Source: an uncultured archaeon
GTDB lineage: Archaea; Asgardarchaeota; Lokiarchaeia; Sigyniarchaeales; SOKP01
Length of the DNA stretch: 64,000 nucleotides
Assembly (NCBI GenBank): GCA_964525635.1
Contig: CAZGJX010000003.1
Span: 32,001-96,000, forward strand
Direction of reading: 5' to 3'
The notes beneath the pieces were generated by a model that searched no databases, was not told the DNA's origin, and was given only the letters and a program-made list of their open reading frames with translations. How positions within the stretch are numbered: the stretch's first letter is position 1; every line of letters starts with the position of its first letter. Made by a program: the position numbers and the translations under genes. Shown here one piece after another: positions 1-10,226 of the stretch.

Positions 1-57
1 TATTTAATAAGAAATAACTTTAACACAATTTTTCATCGTTAAAAAAAAACACCAATA

Positions 58-2256
58 ATGTCTAATAACAAATTAACCGAAATAGAACATTTAGTTCTAC
101 ATGGAAAATATCAACAAGCATTAAAAATCCTAAATTCAGTTGAAAAAAAGAGAACTATAACAGATGATGAAATGTTAATGAAGTTATATTTAATGATTTT
201 TGTGCATCTTGATAAAGGTGAATTTCAAAAAGGACGAGATCTTGCTGATGAGATGTTAAAAATTTCAAAGGAACAGAATAATAAATTGCGGATGATTGAT
301 TCTTATATTGGGAAAACTGAAAATACAATATGTTTAAGCTTTTATGAAGAGTCATCTAATACCATTCAAATTGCGGAAAAACTCTTAGAAAAATTAGAAG
401 ATGAAACTTTGCAGGAATATAAACATAGAAAGGCTTACTTGAAATTTTTAAAAGCAAGAATTTATCAAGATTCACATGAAATCATTAAAGCAACAGAATT
501 ATTTGAACAAAGTTATGAATTAAGAAAGCAAATAAATGATAAGTTTGGAATGTTGTTCACTTTATTAAATTGGGGTATTTCAACAACGGCTATTGGAGAT
601 TTTAAAACGGGTGAAAAATACCTAAATAAGAGTCTAAATATTGCAAAAGAATTAAATAATGAAATAGGAATTATTTGGAATATCGTATATTCTGGTTGGA
701 TTAAATATCATCTAGGGGATCTAGATACAGCAATTTCTCACGCAAAAGAAGGACTTTCGATATGTGAGCCAAAGAATCTTGATTATTCAATAACTCATTG
801 TTATGATCTTCTTGGAAATTGTTATCTTGTTAAGGGTGATTTAAAAAAAGCATTATCTTATTTCGAGAGAAATTTAGAATTTAGATTAAAGCAAGGATAT
901 AACAATTTAATAACTCAGTCTTATTATAGCATTGGAAATGTATATTATCAGAAGGGTGAACTTAAGAGAAGTTTATCATATTACAATAAAATATTAAAAA
1001 GTCCTGAGGTTAAAGAAGACACAATATCTAAACCAACATATTTAAGCACAATTGGTAAAATTTATGGAGAACTCGGAGATTTTGAAACTGCTAAAAAGTT
1101 CCTATTGGAAGCATTAGATTTACTACGAAAGAGGAAAATATTTATTTATCATTATTTAAATTTTGATATTTCAATAGCAAAAACAATTCATTATTTAATT
1201 GTCCTCTCAGTAAATAATAATGATTTTGAAAATCTCAATCATTTATTAGAAGAATTGCATAAATTAAGCGATCAATTTCCTAAATTCAAACAAATCAGGC
1301 AATTATATCGGTTAGATAAAGCTATTATTTTAAAATCAAGTAACCGATTAATGGATAAAATGGAAGCATGGACAATCTTTAAAGGAATTGCTGAAGAAGA
1401 TATAAATGATCATCAAATAACAATTGAAGCTATGACAAATCTGTGTGAATTACTGATATATGAATTAGAATTAACGGGAAATAACAGTTTATTAAAGAAT
1501 ATAGAAGAACTTTCAGATGAATTATTAATCATTGCAAAATCCCAATACCTCTATAATTTAATGGTTGAGACCTATTTTTTTAAAGCAAAATTGTCTTTAT
1601 TAAATTTGAATATAAAGGATGCACGGCTATTATTAACAAAAGCGCAAAAAATTGCGAAAGACCATGATTTAAATCGATTAGCAAAAAAAATATCAAATGA
1701 ACATGATTCTTTATTGGTTCATATAGATGATTGGGAAGAAATGATTAGAAAAAAGATCCCTCTACAGGAAAGAGTAAATTATTCTAGACATGAATTTCTT
1801 TTTTCTAAAATGATCAGATCTAAAATTGAAAGGACACCAATTGAAAAGGATATACCCGTATATATCGTAATACTTTACCCTTATGATGGTCGTTGTTTAT
1901 ATAGTAAAGCTTTTCAAGATATTAGTATTAACGATGGTAATCTTATAGCAAGCTTTATTTCCGCTATTAATCTATTTGGTAAAGAAGCTTTATCTTCTTC
2001 AGGTTCAATTGATCGTATCAAACATGGTGATTTTTTGATCATTCTTCAACCCAAAGAAAAATTATTATTTGGATATGTATTCAAGGGGCAATCCTATTTC
2101 GCAAAAACTAAATTAGATAATTTTATCGAATTTTTATTAAATTCAACTAATTGTTTTAAAGTTTTAGAAGAATCCATACATAATCATCTTGAAATCTCAG
2201 AAGAAACTCGCTTAGAAATTGAAAAAATAGTACAACAAATTATTTTAAAAAATTAA
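58..2256 (+). CDS. TPR-repeat protein with C-terminal longin-like domain (paralogue 1, subtype A)
   Basis: TPR-like helices (YYSIGNVYYQKGELKRSLSYY); C-terminal IVILYPYDGRCLYSKAF...ASFISAINLFGKEA...IDRIKHGDF resembles the longin fold. Confidence 0.8.
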   Translation: MSNNKLTEIEHLVLHGKYQQALKILNSVEKKRTITDDEMLMKLYLMIFVHLDKGEFQKGRDLADEMLKISKEQNNKLRMIDSYIGKTENTICLSFYEESSNTIQIAEKLLEKLEDETLQEYKHRKAYLKFLKARIYQDSHEIIKATELFEQSYELRKQINDKFGMLFTLLNWGISTTAIGDFKTGEKYLNKSLNIAKELNNEIGIIWNIVYSGWIKYHLGDLDTAISHAKEGLSICEPKNLDYSITHCYDLLGNCYLVKGDLKKALSYFERNLEFRLKQGYNNLITQSYYSIGNVYYQKGELKRSLSYYNKILKSPEVKEDTISKPTYLSTIGKIYGELGDFETAKKFLLEALDLLRKRKIFIYHYLNFDISIAKTIHYLIVLSVNNNDFENLNHLLEELHKLSDQFPKFKQIRQLYRLDKAIILKSSNRLMDKMEAWTIFKGIAEEDINDHQITIEAMTNLCELLIYELELTGNNSLLKNIEELSDELLIIAKSQYLYNLMVETYFFKAKLSLLNLNIKDARLLLTKAQKIAKDHDLNRLAKKISNEHDSLLVHIDDWEEMIRKKIPLQERVNYSRHEFLFSKMIRSKIERTPIEKDIPVYIVILYPYDGRCLYSKAFQDISINDGNLIASFISAINLFGKEALSSSGSIDRIKHGDFLIILQPKEKLLFGYVFKGQSYFAKTKLDNFIEFLLNSTNCFKVLEESIHNHLEISEETRLEIEKIVQQIILKN

Positions 2257-2442
2257 AAAGAAATATTTAAGGACTTCATATTTAATAATTAGACTTTTTC
2301 TTAATCCTAATAAAATAAAACAATTTTCATTTTCAATCCTTAATTATAAATAGATATTACTTACATAAATTGTATAGAATATATAAAATCGAATTATATT
2401 AGTTATTTCATTGATAAAATCAAAATTATTCTTGTAGTTGTT

Positions 2443-4638
2443 ATGTTTGATAAACAAGAGAATTTAATAGAGCAGTACATATCTTATGGTCAATTTCAAG
2501 AAGCTTTCGATGAAATTAATTCAATAGAAAAGAAGCGTCCTTTACTTGAAAATGAAATATTTCAAAGATATTATGTGAAAATTTTCCTAAATCTCGATAA
2601 AGGTGAATTTCAAGAAGGGTGGGATCTCGCTGATGAGATGATCGAAGAAACACATAGGAAAAATAAAAAGTTATATGAATTGGATGCGATTATAGGAAAG
2701 ATAGAGAATGGTATTTGTTTATCTAAATTTGAGGAATGCTTTGAGTTAATACAAAAAGCTGAGTATATTATCAATAGTCTAGATAATATATCTAAAAAAG
2801 AATTGAAACTAAGAAAAGGATATCTTACTTTTCTTAAAGGTAGAATATATCAAGAAACTCATGAAGTCTTTAAAGCATTAGAGTTTTATCAGAAAAGTTA
2901 TAAAATAAGAAAGGAAATCGGTGAAAAATCTGGTTTATTATGGTCTTTATTAAATTGGGGAATAGTAGCAAATTTTATCGGAGAATTTCAAGAAGCGGAA
3001 AAATGTCATAAGCAGAGTTTAGAAATAGCTGAAGAATTAAATAATGAATTAGGAATTATATGGAACCTCATATCTTTAGGGTGGATCAGTTATCATTTAA
3101 GAGATCTTAAACTAGCATTTTATTATGCAAAAAAAGTTCTTTCAATAAGTAAATTAAATGAATTTAAGTATATATTAACATATTGTTATGATTTACTAGG
3201 ATATTGTTATATTTTAGAAGGTAATTTACAAACAGCTTTAGATTATTTCCAAAAAAGTTTAATTGTCAGATTGGAAGAAGGATATACACATTTTCTTGCC
3301 CAATCTTATTATAACATTGGATTAATATATAGTCAAAAGGGAGAACTTAAAGAAAGTTTATATTATTTCAATAAAGGTTTAAAAACTCTCAATGTAAAAG
3401 ATGATTTTATATTTAAGCCAACTTATTTAATTGCTATGGGTAAAGTATATGGAGAGCTTGGTGATTACCCTACTGCAAAAAAATATTTGATAGAAGCTGT
3501 AGACTTACTAAATAAGAAAAATATAGTTTTATATCATTTTTTACCATTTCATGTATCATTCGCAAAAGCATTTCACTATTTAATTGTTCTTTCAATAAAT
3601 AATAATGATAAAGAAAATATTGATAATTATTTGACACAATTACATAATTTAAATAAAAAATATGAAAGGCTCAAATTAACTGACCAATTATATCGATTAG
3701 ATAAAGCAATAATATTAATTTCAAGTGGTCATCTAATAGAGATTATGAAAGCAGGAACAATATTAGAAGATATTATGAATGAAAAAATAATTGATCATGA
3801 TATTGTAATAGAAGCAATGATTAATCAATGTGATGTTCTATTAAAAGAGTTAGAAATGACAGGGAATGATGAAATATTAGATGAATTAACAGAAATCTCA
3901 GAGAGATTACTACAAATTTCTCAATCCCAATATTTATATGATTTATATTCGGAATCTTATTTATTAAAGGCTAAAATTTCATTATTAAATTTAGATATTG
4001 ATAATGCACGTTTATCTTTGACAAAAGCTCAAAAAATCGCAAATAAATATGATTTAAAATTATTAGCAAGTAAGATATCTAATGAACATGATTCTTTATT
4101 GCAGAATTTAGATGAATGGGAGGAAAAAGCTAAATTAAATATTCCATTACAAGAAAGGTTGAAAGATTCTAGATATGAATTCTTATTTTCAAAAATGATT
4201 AGATCAAAAATAGAAGAATTACCATCAGAAAAGGAGATACCAATCTATTTTGTCATTTTAAATAGTTACGATGGTCAATGTCTATATGAAAAAATGTTTG
4301 AAGATATACAGATAATGGATGGAAATCTAATAGCAGGATTTATTTCTGCAATCAATTTTTATGGAAAGGAGGCATTTTCATCATCAGGTTCAATTGATAG
4401 AATAAAACATGGGGATTATTTAATTATACTTAACTCAATAGAAAATTTTATTTTTGGATATGTATTTAAAGGTAATTCATTTTCTGCAATTAATAAAATG
4501 AATAAAACTATTGAAACATTACAATTATTTAATAGCACTTTTGAAGACTTAAATAAATCAATTCAAACTCACCTTGAAATATCTGAGGAAACTAAATCAT
4601 TTATTGATAAAAAAATCCAAGAAATATTTTTGTTATAA
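2443..4638 (+). CDS. TPR-repeat protein with C-terminal longin-like domain (paralogue 2, subtype A)
   Basis: Collinear with paralogue 1 over its full length; shares SRYEFLFSKMIRSKI. Confidence 0.8.
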   Translation: MFDKQENLIEQYISYGQFQEAFDEINSIEKKRPLLENEIFQRYYVKIFLNLDKGEFQEGWDLADEMIEETHRKNKKLYELDAIIGKIENGICLSKFEECFELIQKAEYIINSLDNISKKELKLRKGYLTFLKGRIYQETHEVFKALEFYQKSYKIRKEIGEKSGLLWSLLNWGIVANFIGEFQEAEKCHKQSLEIAEELNNELGIIWNLISLGWISYHLRDLKLAFYYAKKVLSISKLNEFKYILTYCYDLLGYCYILEGNLQTALDYFQKSLIVRLEEGYTHFLAQSYYNIGLIYSQKGELKESLYYFNKGLKTLNVKDDFIFKPTYLIAMGKVYGELGDYPTAKKYLIEAVDLLNKKNIVLYHFLPFHVSFAKAFHYLIVLSINNNDKENIDNYLTQLHNLNKKYERLKLTDQLYRLDKAIILISSGHLIEIMKAGTILEDIMNEKIIDHDIVIEAMINQCDVLLKELEMTGNDEILDELTEISERLLQISQSQYLYDLYSESYLLKAKISLLNLDIDNARLSLTKAQKIANKYDLKLLASKISNEHDSLLQNLDEWEEKAKLNIPLQERLKDSRYEFLFSKMIRSKIEELPSEKEIPIYFVILNSYDGQCLYEKMFEDIQIMDGNLIAGFISAINFYGKEAFSSSGSIDRIKHGDYLIILNSIENFIFGYVFKGNSFSAINKMNKTIETLQLFNSTFEDLNKSIQTHLEISEETKSFIDKKIQEIFLL

Positions 4639-4913
4639 TTATTTATCTTTTTAAAAATAATATAATTTATATTCAATTAAAAAGTCCAACAATTATATTC
4701 TCTCATAAATACAATTCTTCATTAAAAAATTTTATATAAAAAAAAAAAAATCTAAATCCATAATTTTATATATAATATTGATTATTATTCGATTGTATTT
4801 GCATAATAATTAGGGATAACTAATATATTTTAACTAATTTCAAATTTGTATAATGAAAATTTGAAAAAATATCATTTAGTCATTATAAAAATTATTTAAT
4901 CTAAATAATAATT

Positions 4914-7103
4914 ATGTGTCATTATCAAATAGATGAAAATATTTCATACGGAAAGTATCTTGAAGCCCTAGAAAAATTAAAATTAATTGAGAAAAAAAGA
5001 ACACTAACTAGTGATGAATATTTATTAAAAATTTATGTAAACATTTTTATATTGCTTGATAACGGAGAATTTCATAGAGGTAAGGAACTTGCTGATAAAA
5101 TGATTAAAGAATCCAGAAAACAATGCAATATTTTAATGGAAATTGATGCATTAATAGGAAAAATTGAGCATAATTATAGTTTATCTATTTATAATGAATC
5201 ATTTGAATTAGTAGAGCAAGGAGAGAATCTTTTAAAAAAAATAAATGATAAAGAAATAAATCAAATAAAAAAACGTCAAGCATATTTATTATTTCTGAAA
5301 GGAAAGCTTTACCGTGATTCACATAATATAAAAAAAGCTTTAGAGCTATTTAAACAGAGTTATGAATTAAGAAAAGAAATTAATGATAGATTTGGAATGA
5401 TTTGGAGTTTATCAGAATTAGGAATATCAAGTACTACAATTGGAGATTTTAAAATAGCTAAGAAATATTTGAAAGAGGGTATAACTTTAACTAAAGAATT
5501 AGATGCAAGAATAGGTTTGATTTGGTGTTTAGTCCATATTGGTTGGGTAAGTTATCATTTAAGAGATTTAAATAGTGCTACATCATATGCAAAGGAATGT
5601 CTTTCAATCTGTCATTATAAAAAAAATAGTATTGCAATTTCACTTTGTTATGATCTTCTGGGTCATTGCTCCCTTGTAAAAGGAGATTTAAAAAATGCGT
5701 TACTCTTATTTAAGGATGGTCTTAATATTAGAAAAGAAAACAAATTTAATAATTTAATTCCATACTCTTATTGCTTAATAGGAGAAGTCTATTGTCAAAA
5801 GGGTGAATTTAAAAAAAGTATAGAATATTTTGATAAAATAATTGAAATTAAAGACTATTATTTAGGTGATATGTTTAAGCCTATGTATTTAAATGCATTA
5901 GGGAAGATCTATGGAGAATTAGGGGAATATAAGATTGCAAAAAAATATCTATTAGAAGCTTTAGATTTTTTAAAAAAAAAAAAGATATATCTCTTTCAAT
6001 TTATAAATTTTAATATATCCACAATAAAAATACTTCATAATTTAATTGTACTCTCAATAAATAACAAAGATTTTGAAAAAGTAAATAATTATTTAGATGA
6101 TTTATATCAAATCAAATTAAAGCATTCGGAGTTAAAACAAGTTGATCAAATATATCGATTAGATAAGGGTATTATTTTAAAGTCAGGAAATCGTTTAATG
6201 AACAAGATTAAAGCAGAAAAAATATTTAATGAAATTATTGAGGAAGAGAGAATTGATAATGAAATTACTATTGAAGTAATGAAAAATCAATGTGAAATCT
6301 ATCTATATGAATTAGAAATAAGTGGAGAAAAATATATACTACAGGAAATGGAGATGCTTTCTGATAAATTATTCATGATAGCCGAATCTGAGGAATTATT
6401 TGATACATTAGCCGAAGCATATTTTCTTAAAGCTAAAATAGCGTTATTAAATTTAGATATAAATAATGCACGCTTATTATTGACAAAAGCACAGAATATT
6501 GCAAATGAATATGAACTAACACGATTAGCAAGTAAAATATCTAATCAACACGATTCCCTTTTAATGAATTTAGATAAATGGGAGGAGAAAATTGAACAAA
6601 ATCTCACATTAAAGGAAAGATTAATAAATTCTAAAAATGACTTCCTGTTCTTTGAAAAAGATAGTTTAAATTCAATTGAAAAAGAAGATAAAAATGAAAT
6701 ACCGGTCTATTTTTTAATTATAAACAATATCAACGCAGAATGTATATATAATAAAGCATTTCAGAATATAAATATGGATGATGGTAGCCTTATAGCAGGA
6801 TATATTTCAGCCATTAATATTTTTGGAAAAGAAGCCTTTAATTCTTCAGGTTCGATTAACCGTATAAGACATGGTGAATATATAACAATTTTAGCTTTAA
6901 AAGAGGAATTTTTATTTGGATATATCTTTAAAGGTTATTCTTATTCTGCTATATCTAAATTGAATAAATTTATCAAAGAATTATCATACCTTACTTCTAA
7001 TTTTGAAAATATTACTTTAGAATTTGAAAGAAATCTAAAACTCCCTGAAGAACTCCATATAACTATGGAAAATTTAGTGGAAAACATTTTCTTGATGAGT
7101 TAA
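4914..7103 (+). CDS. TPR-repeat protein with C-terminal longin-like domain (paralogue 3, subtype B)
   Basis: Collinear paralogue; has the subtype-B segment IINNINAE..YNKAFQNIN. Confidence 0.8.
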   Translation: MCHYQIDENISYGKYLEALEKLKLIEKKRTLTSDEYLLKIYVNIFILLDNGEFHRGKELADKMIKESRKQCNILMEIDALIGKIEHNYSLSIYNESFELVEQGENLLKKINDKEINQIKKRQAYLLFLKGKLYRDSHNIKKALELFKQSYELRKEINDRFGMIWSLSELGISSTTIGDFKIAKKYLKEGITLTKELDARIGLIWCLVHIGWVSYHLRDLNSATSYAKECLSICHYKKNSIAISLCYDLLGHCSLVKGDLKNALLLFKDGLNIRKENKFNNLIPYSYCLIGEVYCQKGEFKKSIEYFDKIIEIKDYYLGDMFKPMYLNALGKIYGELGEYKIAKKYLLEALDFLKKKKIYLFQFINFNISTIKILHNLIVLSINNKDFEKVNNYLDDLYQIKLKHSELKQVDQIYRLDKGIILKSGNRLMNKIKAEKIFNEIIEEERIDNEITIEVMKNQCEIYLYELEISGEKYILQEMEMLSDKLFMIAESEELFDTLAEAYFLKAKIALLNLDINNARLLLTKAQNIANEYELTRLASKISNQHDSLLMNLDKWEEKIEQNLTLKERLINSKNDFLFFEKDSLNSIEKEDKNEIPVYFLIINNINAECIYNKAFQNINMDDGSLIAGYISAINIFGKEAFNSSGSINRIRHGEYITILALKEEFLFGYIFKGYSYSAISKLNKFIKELSYLTSNFENITLEFERNLKLPEELHITMENLVENIFLMS

Positions 7104-7220
7104 TTCTTAGTTAAAATCTAGTTTTCTTGTATTTTAATAACTTACAAATTTATTTTTAATAAAATATAAATATGACTTATCCTTAAAATTCTCATAGTAC
7201 TTAAAATATGATATATTAAT

Positions 7221-7274
7221 ATGCATGCATATAAATTTAAACTCGGTTGGCAGTGGCCATGGCGTTTCGAATAA
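7221..7274 (+). CDS. trpL: putative trp operon leader peptide MHAYKFKLGWQWPWRFE (17 aa)
   Basis: Read by hand: ATG 7221, TGG at 7248/7254/7260, TAA 7272-7274; directly upstream of the trp operon. Confidence 0.75.
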   Translation: MHAYKFKLGWQWPWRFE

Positions 7275-7338
7275 CGCTCTTGCATTGGTATAATCATATT
7301 TTAGTATGTGCTTTTTAATAGAATCATGCTATTTTTTT
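7251..7338 (+). promoter_or_regulatory. putative trp attenuator: hairpin over the Trp codons and stop, followed by U-tracts
   Basis: GCGTT-tcgaat-AACGC stem (7262-7277), extendable with CAGTG(7251)/CATTG(7283-7287); T5 at 7312-7316 and T7 at 7332-7338. Confidence 0.5.
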
Positions 7339-7447
7339 ATTGATCATTTATATCTAATAAATGTGCTTTACAATATTGATTTCCTATATGTTAAAGTTAC
7401 ACATCTATGATGTTAAATTAAAATAATAAAATTAAAATGAAATAAAA

Positions 7448-7690
7448 ATGTTGGAAGAAAAATTAATATCTAAAAAAATGAATGAATTAAATGATTTAGA
7501 TTCAATTATAGATTCAAATGAGTTACATATCTCTCAAGAGAAGATCTATACTCAAGTAATGAAACTTATCAATAAAAAAAAGACAATCATTTTTGGTCCA
7601 GAAAAAAGTAAAACAGCAAAATTTATTGCTGAAAATTGTATGGATGTGTACAATATAATTAGAAAATATTATATGGAGAATTCTGATTAA
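7448..7690 (+). CDS. hypothetical 80-aa protein, first gene of the trp operon
   Basis: ORF stops 1 nt before the trpD ATG; contains no Trp. Confidence 0.55.
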   Translation: MLEEKLISKKMNELNDLDSIIDSNELHISQEKIYTQVMKLINKKKTIIFGPEKSKTAKFIAENCMDVYNIIRKYYMENSD

Positions 7691-7691
7691 G

Positions 7692-8750
7692 ATGTCTGAA
7701 GAGATTAAGATATTAACAGGATTAAACAGTGTAATTAAGAATATAGATCTATCAACCAATGATGCAGAAGAAATAATGCGTGAGATTATGAGCGGAAGAG
7801 TCACTAACGCTCAATTAGGAGCATTTTTAACTGCATTAAACATGAAAGGTGAATCTATTGATGAAATAGTTGGATTTGCAAAAATTATGAGAGAATTTGC
7901 AAATCGTATCGAACCAAATGTTTCAGGTGAATTATTGGATACATGTGGAACAGGAGGAGATAAAATAAAAACATTTAATATTAGCACGATTTCTGCAATA
8001 GTTCTTGCTGGAGCTGGAGCTTATGTTGCAAAACATGGGAATAGAGCAGTTACAAGTAAATGTGGAAGTGCTGATTTATTAGAAGGACTTGGAGTAAATA
8101 TAGCTTTAGAACCAGGAAAAGTAAAGAATTGTATTGAACAAGCAGGAATTGGCTTTATGTTTGCTCCTCTGTTTCATCCTGCTATGAAATATGCAATGCC
8201 TACTAGAAGAGAATTAAAAATCCGAACTGTCTTTAATATTTTAGGTCCTTTAACAAATCCAGCTAATGCAAAATGTCATGTTTTAGGTGTATTTAAAAAA
8301 GAGATGGTTCCAATCATGGCGAAGGTTCTAAAAGGATTAGATGCAAAACATGTCTTTACTGTTCATAATTCATATGGAATTGACGAACTTGCTCCCACAG
8401 GAGTAAATTATATTACAGAATATATGGATGGAAACCTTGAAAGTTATGCAATTACCAATAAAGAATTTAATATTCCTGATTGTTCTATTAATGAATTGTT
8501 AGCCGGAAATCTTGAGGAAAATTTAAAAATAGCAATTGATATTCTCAAAAATCAATCTTCTGGGGCAAAATTTAATACGGTTTTAATGAATGCTGCTTTA
8601 GCATTAAAAAGTATAGATATTGCTCATGATTTTCAAGAAGGTGTGGCAATTGCTAAAGAAACGATTGAATCTGGAAAAGCCTTTGATAAATTAAAAAAAT
8701 TTATTGAAATTTCTGGTGGAGATATCCAAAAATTAATGAATCTTACATAA
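7692..8750 (+). CDS. trpD: anthranilate phosphoribosyltransferase
   Basis: DTCGTGGD, FNIST, KHGNRAVTSKCGSAD, RTVFNILGPLTNP motifs. Confidence 0.97.
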   Translation: MSEEIKILTGLNSVIKNIDLSTNDAEEIMREIMSGRVTNAQLGAFLTALNMKGESIDEIVGFAKIMREFANRIEPNVSGELLDTCGTGGDKIKTFNISTISAIVLAGAGAYVAKHGNRAVTSKCGSADLLEGLGVNIALEPGKVKNCIEQAGIGFMFAPLFHPAMKYAMPTRRELKIRTVFNILGPLTNPANAKCHVLGVFKKEMVPIMAKVLKGLDAKHVFTVHNSYGIDELAPTGVNYITEYMDGNLESYAITNKEFNIPDCSINELLAGNLEENLKIAIDILKNQSSGAKFNTVLMNAALALKSIDIAHDFQEGVAIAKETIESGKAFDKLKKFIEISGGDIQKLMNLT

Positions 8751-8769
8751 ATTAAGAGTAAACTAAATA

Positions 8770-9573
8770 ATGGTTTCAGATAAAATAAGAGAAATAGTAA
8801 ACAAGAGATTAAAAACAATATCTAATGATATTGAATATGAAAAACATATGGAAAGTTCAATTCAAAATAAAAATATTTTAAATCTAAGTGAAACTATTAA
8901 AAATAATAAAGGAATTTCAATCATTTCTGAAATAAAACCAGCATCACCAACATTAGGAGAAATAAGAAGCAATATTAACGTTCCAGATATTGCTAAAATC
9001 ATGAAAGATTCAGGTGTTATTGGATTAAGTATTTTGACAGAACCAAATTATTTCAATGGTTCATATACTAATTTGAAATTAGCTGTTGAAACTACAGAAT
9101 TACCTTGCTTGATGAAAGATTTTGTTATTAATCCTATCCAATTTTCTATAGCTAGCAAACTTGGAGCAACGAATATTTTAATTATTAACTCAATTGAAAA
9201 TCTAAATTTAGAGGAGTATTATAATTTAGCAATGAATTATCATCTTGAACCACTTATCGAAATTCATGATATAGATGAAATTAAAGATATTCAACATTTA
9301 TTCGAAATTGGTTTTAATCCAAAATTAATTGGTGTTAATAATCGCAACCTGAATACCTTATTAATAGATCTTAATACATCTAAGAAAATTATACCAGAAT
9401 TAAAACAAGAATTTGGAAATAAAATTCAAATTGTAAGTGAAAGTGGTATAAATTCTCATAGTGATATTAAAGAATTGCAATCTTATGGTGCTAATGCATT
9501 TTTAATAGGATCTTCAATTATGAAATCAATTGATATTAGTAAAAAGATCCATGAATTAAGAGGTGTAGATTAA
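8770..9573 (+). CDS. trpC: indole-3-glycerol phosphate synthase
   Basis: ISEIKPASPT, SILTEPNYFNGS, KDF, GVNNRNL, SESGI motifs. Confidence 0.96.
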   Translation: MVSDKIREIVNKRLKTISNDIEYEKHMESSIQNKNILNLSETIKNNKGISIISEIKPASPTLGEIRSNINVPDIAKIMKDSGVIGLSILTEPNYFNGSYTNLKLAVETTELPCLMKDFVINPIQFSIASKLGATNILIINSIENLNLEEYYNLAMNYHLEPLIEIHDIDEIKDIQHLFEIGFNPKLIGVNNRNLNTLLIDLNTSKKIIPELKQEFGNKIQIVSESGINSHSDIKELQSYGANAFLIGSSIMKSIDISKKIHELRGVD

Positions 9574-10226
9574 TGGAATATATTAAAATCTGTGGTATCA
9601 AAAATTTTGATGATGCCAAACTATGTATTGAAAATGGAGCAGACGCAATAGGATTTGTATATAATGTCCCTTCTTCTCCAAGAAATCTAGAAATAAATGA
9701 AATTAATTCACTTATTAATCAGATAAATAATAAGATTTCTACAGTCTTAGTAACTAAATCTAATAATTTGGAGGAAATTCAAAGATTAATAAAGGAGTAT
9801 AATATTACATATTTTCAAATACATTCAAATTTAGATATTAATGAGTTTAATCAACTTCCAACTGAAATAAAACAAAAACTTATTATAACTCTTAAAGTAA
9901 ATAATGAAAATAAAGATTCAATCACATCAATCATCAATAAATTCAATGACCAATTTCATGCCTTTTTATTAGATAATAGTGAAGGTCATGGAAATGAATT
10001 AGATATAAATCTAGTAAAAAAAATTATAACCAATTTAAAAGATACGAGAATTATTCTTGCGGGAGGAATAAATATTAAAAATATTGAAAATATTATTAAA
10101 ATTTTAAATCCCTATGGTATTGATCTTAGTAGCTCTTTAGAATCTGAAAAAGGAGTGAAAGACCCTAATAAAATTATAAATTTCTTAGAAAAAATAAATG
10201 GAATAAAAAATAACATTAAAAATTGA
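9573..10226 (+). CDS. trpF: phosphoribosylanthranilate isomerase
   Basis: IKICGI, GADAIGFV, SPR, ILAGGI, GIDLSSSLESEKGVKD. Confidence 0.95.
   Translation: MEYIKICGIKNFDDAKLCIENGADAIGFVYNVPSSPRNLEINEINSLINQINNKISTVLVTKSNNLEEIQRLIKEYNITYFQIHSNLDINEFNQLPTEIKQKLIITLKVNNENKDSITSIINKFNDQFHAFLLDNSEGHGNELDINLVKKIITNLKDTRIILAGGINIKNIENIIKILNPYGIDLSSSLESEKGVKDPNKIINFLEKINGIKNNIKN

Noticed and set aside
4738-4750. Long poly-A runs (also 32038-32050) as phase-variation or frameshift sites
   Set aside because: The first is intergenic and the second keeps the frame (KKKK); such runs are common at this AT content
7208-7219. Mini-ORF MIY* just before the Trp leader
   Set aside because: Three codons with no informative content; expected by chance in AT-rich DNA
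7141-7220. TATA/BRE promoter calls upstream of the leaders
   Set aside because: Too many TATA-like words in this AT-rich DNA to choose one without transcription start data
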